Source: Phoronis australis | Taxonomy: Eukaryota > Animalia > Phoronida | DNA: 64,000 nucleotides | Direction of reading: 5' to 3' | Assembly (NCBI GenBank): GCA_002633005.1 | Contig: NMRA01000031.1 | Location: 62,001-126,000 of the forward strand | In this document: positions 26,901-36,500 of the stretch, piece after piece | Layout: every line of letters begins with the position of its first letter | Numbering within the stretch: position 1 is the first letter of the stretch | Notes under the pieces: generated by a model | The model's input: the letters and a program-made list of their open reading frames with translations, nothing else | What the model was told of the DNA's origin: nothing | Databases searched by the model: none | Program-made: the position numbers and the translations under genes

Positions 26901-27135
26901 TCGCTAAAAAGCTAGACTTCGCGGGATTACGTGAGATATTTACTTCGGATAGATTTTAGCTAGGTCCTAGCGTTACCGAACGCACGCCAGAACTCAGAAG
27001 CGTTCGCCTTTTTTAATTTCACTTACCAGAATGGCAATGCGATAAAAAGAAGCATGTAGAGGGCAAGTTGTTAGTGTCAAAACAATCAATGGAAATACTT
27101 CCATACTCTTTCATTCTACCACTAAAGGAACTCAT
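13051..27135 (-). CDS. DCLRE1C: Artemis (SNM1C), metallo-beta-lactamase/beta-CASP nuclease; complete, 10 coding exons, 1018 aa
   Basis: Minus-strand exons 27135-27027, 23587-23536, 22837-22753, 22065-21950, 21063-20959, 19300-19084, 18694-18587, 17914-17660, 15950-15827, 14936-13051; total 3057 nt. N-terminus [20 protein letters not shown]; motifs [59 protein letters not shown]. Confidence 0.95.
15827..15950 (-). CDS. DCLRE1C: Artemis exon 9
   Basis: tcacag|GTA CAG...AAC A|gtgagt; VQQRL...[10 protein letters not shown]. Confidence 0.87.
16235..16789. mobile_element. Harbinger-type MITE
   Basis: About 35-bp TIRs GGGCTGTTCCA.TAAAATCTGT.TGGGAGGGGGG; TSD TGA on both sides. Confidence 0.8.
17660..17914 (-). 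CDS. DCLRE1C: Artemis exon 8
   Basis: ctgcag|ATA...TGG|gtgtgt; STMWF...[26 protein letters not shown]; acceptor position slightly uncertain. Confidence 0.88.
18587..18694 (-). CDS. DCLRE1C: Artemis exon 7
   Basis: gacag|GTG CAC...CTG|gtgagt; VHVTEDKL...TTD..TRIHSC. Confidence 0.9.
19084..19300 (-). CDS. DCLRE1C: Artemis exon 6
   Basis: ccacag|G AAG...AAG|gtaagt; [11 protein letters not shown]...IPSRE...GYEFLF. Confidence 0.93.
20959..21063 (-). CDS. DCLRE1C: Artemis exon 5
   Basis: ctccag|G TTT...GG|gtaagc; [17 protein letters not shown]. Confidence 0.93.
21222..21482. mobile_element. Tc1/mariner-type palindromic MITE
   Basis: About 65-bp perfect TIRs CAGCACACATCACGAATTTTTGGCCGACCGGTCGG...; TA TSD; contains an N. 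Confidence 0.85.
21950..22065 (-). CDS. DCLRE1C: Artemis exon 4
   Basis: ttgcag|AAG GAG...GTA AT|gtgagt; KELPCDEPT...[16 protein letters not shown]. Confidence 0.92.
22753..22837 (-). CDS. DCLRE1C: Artemis exon 3
   Basis: ttgcag|A CCA...ATA|gtgagt; 85 nt; [15 protein letters not shown]. Confidence 0.9.
23536..23587 (-). CDS. DCLRE1C: Artemis exon 2
   Basis: ttgtag|AT CAC ATG AGA GGT CTT...AA|gtaagt; 52 nt; DHMRGL completes the HxHxDH motif. Confidence 0.9.
24208..24941. mobile_element. Possible solo LTR
   Basis: TGTCACG...CATGCCA termini; TATAAATA on the minus strand near 24662-24669; internal duplication of about 50 bp; no clear TSD. Confidence 0.4.
26596..26988. mobile_element. Two small MITE copies in inverted orientation
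   Basis: Each copy is bounded by GCC..CGTTCA.TA..CGCTAGGACCT / AGGTCCTAGCGTTAC.GAACG; copies at about 26596-26749 and 26874-26988 share an inverted internal segment. Confidence 0.7.
27027..27135 (-). CDS. DCLRE1C: Artemis exon 1
   Basis: ATG AGT TCC...CAT TCT G|gtaagt; 109 nt; [36 protein letters not shown]. Confidence 0.93.
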
Positions 27136-27381
27136 TTTTGGTGGATAGGTGTTGTTGTCGTTGGAAGTCCGATCATAAACAGCTCCTTTCCCTCCATAGC
27201 TATCCCACAATCCAACATCATTTCCGTGTAAAAAACGTGCCATTTCCGGTCGCGTGGGAATCCCCTCGCTTTTCTAAGAAAAGTGTCAGTCCGTTTGTTA
27301 GTGTGCATTCCCAGATTACTACAAGCTTTCAACTTATGAGCGTGGGGTAACCGAGTGTGTGTTTTTGGAAGAATTCGTCAG
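27136..27381. promoter_or_regulatory. Putative bidirectional promoter (DCLRE1C / MOV10) with a candidate MOV10 non-coding first exon
   Basis: Lies just upstream of the Artemis ATG; local CpG enrichment; ETS-like TTCCGG near 27244; + strand donor CAG|gtaact at 27381/27382 could feed the acceptor at 33349. Confidence 0.45.
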
Positions 27382-27749
27382 GTAACTGACGTCTGTACCC
27401 TTACTTACTTCAGATTCAGGAATTGGTGCCTAATTCATGGCAAGCCTGTGTATTGGCATGACGATGCCACATATGACACATGACATGGCATGGACGGGAG
27501 CTTTTTTAGAACATGCTTATACTGCGTGCCATATGTTATATGTAAAGAAGGGAGTATACTGTAAGACATTACAAAAATTTGAATGTAAAATAGATGCCCA
27601 GGAAGTCTTGCGAGGTTCGCAGTTTCACCACGTGTTTTGTCGTAATTGTCTTGTAAATGAGGTAAAAGTGTAGACCCCTGTGTAGTTATTACTTATTTAA
27701 TGGAATTTTAATGCAGCACCGTCTTCCAACGTATTATCTATGGGCAGAA

Positions 27750-27898
27750 CATGGGTGGCGCAGCACTGAAAAAATGGGGGGTTTGTTAAAGGCTCCTCAA
27801 CCCCTCGTGATTCACCACCTAGACCATGTGCGGCGCAGCACTAAAAAAATTGGGGGCTATGCCCCCAGCCCCGTATGCCGTATGGTGCGTCGCCCATG
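27750..27898. mobile_element. Small TIR element (hAT-like MITE)
   Basis: CATGGGTGGCGCA...TGCGTCGCCCATG, with the left end duplicated near 27824. Confidence 0.45.
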
Positions 27899-29536
27899 TA
27901 CAAGTCTATAAGTATACAAATTTCCAGCAATGATGTGAGGCATGTGTCGATCGCTATGATTGGCAGCCGGTAATATAGACAGTGACCTCCGTCTCTAGCC
28001 GACTAGAGACAGTGTATAGCTATATACTTCTTGCACTGGAAGCTTTTCGGCGAATTATGTTTCACACTGATGTAAACGTCAAAGTTATGTTGATATACAG
28101 TTATAAGTCAGCACATTTATGAATTAGTCTTCTTAAGACCTGCACAAATTTGATTTTATTTGTTTTTGAGGGACCCTTACAGGTGCTTGACTAAGCAGTG
28201 TTGAGAGGTTACAGGTAGAACCTGAAGAGGTCCAGTTTAATTTGTCTCTGAAAGTCTTGTCAGGTACATAAGTCAAACCAATATCAGTCGTTTTGAGCAT
28301 TGAGTTGTGCACTGTAATCTTGCTTCCTTACTATGTTCAATTCCAATCAGGATTGCTTTAAGTTTTATTTCCACTGTCTCTCTCTCTCAAAACACGCAGT
28401 TGTCATGACGATATGCTTTAAAATGATGAAATGTAGGCTGTGCATGGCAGATCAGCGCCTCCTGTGGAGAGCATTTGTTTTCTTCAAATGAGGTAGACAT
28501 AACATACTCAGAAATGTCAAAAAGAGCTACAAAAAGTTTGCCCATGGGAAGTGATTTATTTCAAAGTCATTAGAGAATTTTGATAATGTTTGATAAACTG
28601 TTCCTTTGCCTATAGGTAGCAGCTCATCCTAGCAAATATGCCATGTAGGTGACGTAATCCTTCACACTGAATATACCTCCAGTCGCATTGTTATAAGTAT
28701 GCTTCAAGCGCACTGGGCCAAATTTGCAGGCTGTAGATGTATTTAAATCCTTTCAATATGTTCAACATTATTTTATGATGCCAAAGAAAGACTAAATTCC
28801 TGAAATTGTCAGAGAAACAGGCAGTACCAAATGTCGGTCAGGTCTCTAATCGAACATGAGGATGAAAGGGGATAAAGTGGTTCCGTTTGACTTGGAAAAA
28901 GTTAAAAATCCAATTTTGAGTATTTGTTTTTCTGGTTCGATCCACAAACATAGACAGTAGCCATACAAGTTGTGGTGCATGTCCATTTTTACCAGCAATT
29001 ATTGTGCAGCGGTAATTAAAGTTTTCCTGTCAAGATTAGGACTAGTGTACGACGATAAATTTTGACAAGATCGTGAGTGGTGGGGCCAAAAGGATTAAGT
29101 CGGGCAACCCATATTTTTATGTGCAGAGGAAACACTATTTTCATTATCAACTCGAGTCCCTGGCAATATGTACTTGCTATTATCGAATTCATATTTTTAG
29201 GGTTGGCCAACCTCATTAAACACTAAAGTGTTCCCTCGAGTCTCTGATGATTTTATACAACACTTGTTGGTAACTTAAATGGAATCCTATCACACTAAAA
29301 AATATGTGACCAATTTTTAATGAGTAGCAAAAGGCCTGAAAAGGCCAAACTGCAGGACTGGTTTAGTTAACATATTGTAAATGAGCATCACTCATAGGCA
29401 ACTACTAAATATGGCAAATCTCGCCAAATTTGGAGAAAAATAATTGTCACAAATTTTCCCCATTTTCATTTTTCAATGGTTTCTAACATTGTTGTGAGTG
29501 CCCAAAATTTTTAAAAAATTTGATTGTAGCTGCAGT

Positions 29537-29700
29537 CAGGCCTTCATGCAGCGTACGTCCTGTAGGCCCTGGTAAGGTACCCAATGTATCATTTGGATGC
29601 CAACTGTGTGTGGGTGGTGGGGTTAACACGTCATTGGAATCATGGAACATTGGGAACCCCATTTTGGAACCCTATTTTCGAAATTCTGGATAAAGACCTA
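29537..29700. mobile_element. hAT MITE, internally deleted copy
   Basis: CAGGCCTTCATGCAG...GATAAAGACCTA; perfect 8-bp TSD GCTGCAGT; inverted homologue of 31037-31530. Confidence 0.8.
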
Positions 29701-31036
29701 GCTGCAGTACTTAATCTTGAAATTGGAAAATAATTTAAGTTGTCGCTGCGTTTGCCTGATGAAGAAATGATAAAATAAAAATTTCAATTGTTGGCGATAG
29801 TCATGTCCTGAAGTGGTGATATTTTATCGTTAGCTATTTTTGGTTCAAAGAAAATTTCCCAGACTTTATCATATTCAATATTAACTGAGCTGAGCTATCG
29901 GTGACCGAGTTTAATAGTTACAAGTCAGGTCATTTTTATCTTAAAACCATGAGTCAATTTTGTTAAATATAGACTGATAAGCTTATCATTAGCCATCACC
30001 GATGTATCAGCAGTTGTGACAATGGGGAAGGAAATTTATTTAATCTTGGGGGGGAAGCAACTCAGTCATATTTTGGTGGAGGTTGAGCTGGAAAATCATG
30101 ATACCCATCAATTTAGTGAGTGGCCTGAAAGGGACCCATTTGGAAGGAGCTTTCTGAACGTATGGTTTTGATCCAGTTGTGATTAATTCCATAATTCTAA
30201 TATTTCCAGACTGCTTGGTGAAATTTTAAACCAGTAAGCCAAACGCAATTGAAGAAAAGACCCCATGTTGTCAAAAAAGAGTACATTTTGCCACCAAAGT
30301 TTTTAAGTCCCAAGTACCTTCCTCAAATCTACGTTGTTGGAAAAATGAACATTTTGTTGAGTTTGGAACCACCAAGGAAATGGAGCTCTATTGTAGGGAA
30401 TTTTGTGTGAAATGGCATACTTTTGTAGGGAAATTTGTAGTAGTATGGGATGTCCCATAAACCTCTTCTATGGGAGCTGCCCCTCGGATTACATTTGTCT
30501 GGTTTTGCTTGCCAAACTTAATGCTATATCCTCCTCAATGAGTTGTGTTTTTACAGACTTGTTTTTAAGGAATTAGGTCTGGCAGACACGTCACTCCAAA
30601 TTTATGCTTTTTATGATCAAATTCAATACTATAGCTTGACAAAATATATGAAAAGTGAAAATGGCTAATTTTGGCAAGTATTTTTTGTGTGATCTTGGTG
30701 AGATTTTACCGTTATCAGCTAGGGGGCGTGCTTGTAATGAAGTGGCTCACATGATATAACACCTTGCAATAGTCACACGGATTCTGGATTTTGAGAACGT
30801 GATTAATTCATGTTAGTGGATGGGGGAAACCTTGCATTTAGCCTTATAGCCGGGTTCCCTGTAAGTGACTGTTATTGGCGCTTCCATGGGAAAGTTCCTA
30901 GCTTCAATAGCTGACTTTTGAAATAGCCACGCTATGTTGAAACTAGCTATCCATTTAGATAGGGATTAGGTCTTCGATGGACAGGTGTTCATCGCCACCT
31001 ATAGATCTCATGTAGTGTGGATGGGAGGTTTCAAAC

Positions 31037-31530
31037 CAGGCCTTTATCCAGGATTTTGAAAATAGGGTGGCCAAAATGGGGTTCCCAATATTCCAGGGTG
31101 TCCATGATTCCGACGCGTAACCCCCCACCCCCAGCAATACCCCCAAATACACAGATATTTTTTTAAAAATGCGTAGATCAAGGTTTTTACATCTAAGTTT
31201 ATAAAACAGCCTTCTATGGTGAGCATTTTTACTAAAAAAAAACTGTGTAGACCAAGACTTTTACAATGCTGTCAATCAAGTGTCAAAATAGCAACAATGC
31301 ACATACTTTGTATATGCATTGTATATAATTTCTTCCTGCTTTGAAAAAAGAGCCCCCACTGTGAGCTTCAGAGGCTTCCTAGTATTCATTACAATATGCG
31401 AGTCCGAACTTGAAAGGTTCCTATTGACATTGGGCGTCCAAATGATACATTGAGTGTCCTTGCCAGGGCCTCTAGATTAGTGCTAGGGCATCCATTTGGA
31501 CACCCAGGACCTACGCTGCATAAAGGCCTG
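31037..31530. mobile_element. hAT MITE
   Basis: TIR CAGGCCTTTAT; 8-bp TSD TTTCAAAC/TTTCAACC. Confidence 0.8.
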
Positions 31531-32159
31531 TTTCAACCTACTGGCAAAAACCCTGTAGCAGTGAATTTCTGTCTACCATTAAATCTAAGTAGGGATCAAG
31601 GGAAATTGGTTTCTCGCTCAATATGAAAAGTCCCTTATCATGACATCTGGTGGACTTTGAGTTGCCAGTATTTGCAGTACTGTCCCTTGTATGCTTCTCT
31701 GTGTTTATAATTGTATTAAAGACCAGTAGTAGTACTTAGAGGCTGCAGACAGCTCCAATGATTCTCAATATAAGTGACCTTCAGGAATGTGGCCCTTTTC
31801 CACAAGAGCTGCTCATCTCAATCATAATTTTATCATGCTTGTGTTTCTGTTCCTATGTCTATTAGGCCGGTTTTGTTGAATGATTCAAACTTAATCATGC
31901 AGACTCTATAGTTTCTTCATTTTGTTGTAGCTCTCCTCCTATTTGGCACACAATATGGAAGTTTTATTTCTTAAGACTTCTGTGAAAACAAATATTAAAG
32001 AATATTTTAGTGTACCATGAGCTTGGTTTGCATTGTTTAGATGTCGTAAAACAGTGCTCGGTAAAGCTCCCTTTACATGCAACCAGGTAGGCCTTGTCAT
32101 AGTAACAATTTTGGCAACTATTTCTATGCAGAATAAGTGGATTACAGCGGCATACGGTA

Positions 32160-32390
32160 AAATCTCACCAATTTCAGATAAAAATAATTGCCAAAATTGG
32201 TCTTTTTTCATTTTTCAAACATTTCTGCTATTGTTTTGAATGTCCACAGTTGCTGGAAACATTGTCTGAAATTAACTATAGTATAGATCTTTAAAATGGT
32301 ATAGCATTTATTTGGTGCTACTTATCTTTAATTTAAAAAATTAAAACATAAAATTTCACGTGTCGGCCATATTGTGTCCTAAATTGCTTA
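32160..32390. repeat. Old dispersed repeat family (at least 6 diverged copies)
   Basis: AAAATTG.C.TTTTTCATTTT.CAA...AAATTTCACGTGTCGGCCATATTGTG; related copies near 11680-11900 (inverted), 22190-22380, 29420-29800, 32960-33180 and 52720-52930. Confidence 0.6.
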
Positions 32391-33368
32391 TAACATTATT
32401 GTTGGCATTACAGCTGTTACTTCATGTGGTAGTTTGATGTGTTATTAGGATTAGATGTTCACACTAAGTTTGGAACAATATAATTTACGGTAAATGGATT
32501 TTATAATCTAGTGGTCTAAACCAAATTGTAGTCTTTTATTAGAAATCACAGGTTTAATGTCGCTTTAGTTTAGTTATTTCTCTGTCTACCTTGGACTTTG
32601 GCCTTTGTAAGGATACCGAACTCGGTTTTGGCCTGTTAGCAGATACTGAAAATGATTTCCCATCCAGGTCTGTGTTCAAAACAAAATGATGCTGTGTAAC
32701 CTAGGCAACCCTCAAAAGTTAGGAGGAAAATTTGAAAACTTTCAGTCTGCTGAAATGGGCAATGGTGATCCAGACTTTAAGCAAAGCAACTGTGGGAAAG
32801 ACCACTCACCAAGGACCATAATGTTCAGTCTGATATATTGAGTATGAATCTTCACATGGAAGATTGACGCCAGTGGAGGTGACAGAGCGAGGGCTGATTG
32901 AAATAATAAAAAGTGTTGAGAATCCTTTTAATTTATCTAATCAGGCCAAGGTGTCTTGCATCTCTGACAGACAAAAATAATTGCCAAGGTTACGTTTTTT
33001 TTTTCATTTTTCAAGGTGACTGCCTTGTGAACGCCCAAATTATTCAAAATATATTATGGCCGTAGCTATGGTAACAGAATTTGAACATCGTAACGCATTA
33101 ATTTGATGCTTCATCTCTTATGAAAACAATGTGAATGTAAAATTTCACTTATATGCCATTTTGTGTGCTAAACTGGTGAAAATTTACTGCACTGTCATGA
33201 ACCACTTTTTACTGTGGGTATCCAGTTTAAACTTTTGATGTTTCCTTGCAGTGGGTATCCAGTCTAAGCTTATGGGATACCCACCACAGAACTTGATGTA
33301 TTCTCCATTGTGGCTTGCTATTGAGTGTGATTCTTAAACATTCTTGCAGGTTTTGAGTGGATGTCATA

Positions 33369-33583
33369 ATGGGAAGGCACAGTTACAGTGAGTTCAAGAG
33401 ACGAGCCATGCTGTATCTTGAGTACCTTGAACAACACGAGTTGAAGGTGGATGGGGAACATGATAAAGCATTCTACAGAGACGTCTATTATAAACACTTC
33501 AAGATCTTCAGATCGGATCTTGACTGGAGAGGATATAGTTTTTCCAGCATTCTTTACCCACTGAAGCATTCAAGACTCATTGG
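33369..33583 (+). CDS. MOV10: MOV10 first coding exon
   Basis: Acceptor ttgcag| at 33349, ATG at 33369, donor GG|gtaata; MGRHSYSEF...YYKHFK...FSSILYPLK. Confidence 0.82.
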
Positions 33584-36500
33584 GTAATAGCTTAGCACAA
33601 CTTTTGCCTTGTTGAAATTTGTAGATCCTGATTAATGGAAGAGCCAGAGCCTTAATCTCACTTTCTCCGTGGTCACCATATGATATGAATGCCAGTCATC
33701 CACTTAAGTTTTAAGTGACTTAACGCACTATGGAAACAATTTTTTAACTTTCAAGAGGTTCTATTTTTTGTTTTTCATTTTTGGGATTCAAAAACCTTTA
33801 AACAATTGTAATGAGCGTGATTAGTTCATTTAATTGATTTCTTGGTTTCATCGATATGTGCATTTTAGTAGTGTAGCCTCTTCATGCATTGATCAAATGT
33901 TCACGTGGCTTAAGGCTATGAGTGGTAATTGAATTAATCAGTCGTAGATGAAAAAATCAACAAAGAATGCTAAACGGGTAAAGTCTCATAGCCAGACGTT
34001 TCACCAACTAACTCAGTAGAATATTGTAAGTGATCAGAGTGAAATACTATGAGTGATGAGGGCAGAGAAAGGTAAGTACAGTCATGAATATGATGCTTGA
34101 TCATGATTCACAAAGGAAAAGTTTAGAGAGAGAAATGGGGAGATTATGAACTAAAAAAGTCTGAATGCAAGATCTAGGATGTGGTGAATGGATTATGACT
34201 AGGGAATCCCTATAAAAATGTGACTGGCATGTACAACAAAACAATGCCGCGGGTAGAATAAACGCCCATTGTTGAAATTGCAGGTCAGCTCCTGGTAGTC
34301 ACAGGCTCTGAATGAGAGAAAATTAGGATGAATTATGATCTAGGTTCCCATTGAGCTTTTTTGATATTTTTAGGAGTTCGTTATTTGGCTTAGTTGAATT
34401 GGAAATTTAATATTCCCTATGTTCTGTCAGATTTGGCTCAATGGCAGCACATTGAGGAGTGGGTAAAGTGTTAATTGTCATGTCACACTTCACACATATG
34501 AAACTATGGTCAACACCAATTATCCTTTCTATGTGTCACCACTTCTTTGACTGATCTTGCCACCAATTCTTATCAATTCTATGACTTCCCCCCGGCGTTC
34601 TGATTCTAGTCTTCTCGTTTCACCACATTCACCGATTTCGCAGTTCATATTAAGTGCCTAAAATGTACCCCTTGTTCAGTTTAAGATTTGTAATTTAAAC
34701 TGAGATTATACAAGAACAACCCAGCCTTTACCATCACGTCATTTTGGGCCCAGTGGAATGAAATTCAAAGGTCAATATTATTCCATGTATTGAACTGAAC
34801 CATGAAAAATCATTACATGCTAACCGAGCTATAGTCCTGGGGCCCGTTCCAAGAAACTGACTTAAGTTCATTTTGGATTTAAGTCTAAGATTTGTCTTAA
34901 CTTACGTACTTTGAAACTTCCACATCCAGTAAGATAGCTAAAATTAAGACAAAACTCTTATAAAAACTTAATTCAAACTTAAAATCTCTTCCTGGAAATG
35001 GTATCGAGACAAATTAAGTCTTGTCTAAAAATTTACTAAAATTTAAGATTTGTCTTAGCTAAGTCAGTCTTGGTGGAATGGGCCCCTGGTCAATCTCTCG
35101 ACTCTCCGAGAAACATCCAATTAATTTCTAGTACTGGTATTTACTAAATTGCCCCCGTTGTGGTTACCTGGCTGGAAGCTGCTATACTATAACACACAGC
35201 ACCATTTATTGTTAGGTACTACATAACCTCTAGTGGCAGAAATCCATAATATTATTTAACTGTGACTCAGCCCATAAATCGCATCTTTGTAGTGCCAGGC
35301 ACGTTGCCACTAAACAATGCTTTAAACACATATGGAGATGAAATTAAATTCCAGTATATTCTAGTACTAAATGTATGAGACCATTGACTGTAAAATTTGT
35401 CTCAAATTGTTCCTTTCTTAGATGCATGGAGATTGGTGGGCTTGTATAGAATTGACTCTTCATTCTTGCTAGAGAACATACTTGGCACATAAAGTGGCAC
35501 ACCCTGACAAGCCAACTTGACACTTCATTCTTGCTACAGAACATGCTTGGCACCTAAAGTGACACACCCAGACAAGACAACTTGACACTTCATTCTTGCT
35601 AGAGAACATGCTTGGCACATTAAGTGGCACACCCTGACAAGCCAACTTGACACTTCATTCTTGCTGGAGAACATGCTTGGCACGTAAAGTGACACACCCA
35701 GACAAGACAACTTGACACTTCATTCTTGCTAGAGAACATGCTTGGCACATAAAGTGACACACCCAGACAAGACAACTTGACACTTCATTCTTGCTAGAGA
35801 ACATGCTTGGCACATTAAGTGGCACACCCTGACAAGCCAAATTGACACTTCATTCTTGCTAGAGAACATGCTTGGCACATAAAGTGACACACCCAGACAA
35901 GACAACTTGACACTTCATTCTTGCTAGAGAACATGCTTGGCACATTAAGTGGCACACCCTGACAAGCCAACTTGACACTTCATTCTTGCTAGAGAACATG
36001 CTTGGCACAGTAAGTGGCACACCCAGACAAGCCAACTTGACACTTCATTCTTGCTAGAGAACATGCTTGGCACAGTAAGTGGCACACCCAGACAAGACAA
36101 CTTGACACTTCATTCTTGCTACAGAACATGCTTGGCACATAAAGTGACACACCCAGACAAGACAACTTGACACCTCATGCTTGCTAGAGACAAAGCTTGG
36201 CACATAAAGTTTCACACCCTGACAAGCCAGCTTGTGGAGCCTAATCCCAAACAGTAACAAACTTTCAGTTCTTCCCAAGTAGAGACTAGAATCATCTCGT
36301 TTTTACTAAAGGAACATTTTGGGACCAATTTTCTAACTTATATCTGGTCAAAATAAGAAGTTTGTTCTGAGACAGGCAGGCTTATAATCCTCCTTAAAAA
36401 CATTTAATTTTTCTATTCTCATCTTTAAGGTTTAATGATGATGTGGTCAGTTTTTCAAGCGGTCTTAGGAAACGCAGAAAAAGAGTGACAGTGGATCAGC

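Noticed and set aside
27136-27243. 36-aa N-terminal extension of Artemis from the upstream ATG (MARFLHG...)
   Set aside because: Family homology begins at MSSF (27135); the upstream ATG probably lies at or beyond the TSS. It cannot be excluded without transcripts.
27400-33340. MEIG1 orthologue expected from human synteny
   Set aside because: No YRFQ.AGYRD or VKKLQR-like peptide was found by eye; a tBLASTn search would be needed to exclude it.
35452-36232. CRISPR-like regular array
   Set aside because: There are no unique spacers; it is a head-to-tail 65-bp minisatellite in a eukaryotic intron, and its ORFs are repeat artefacts.
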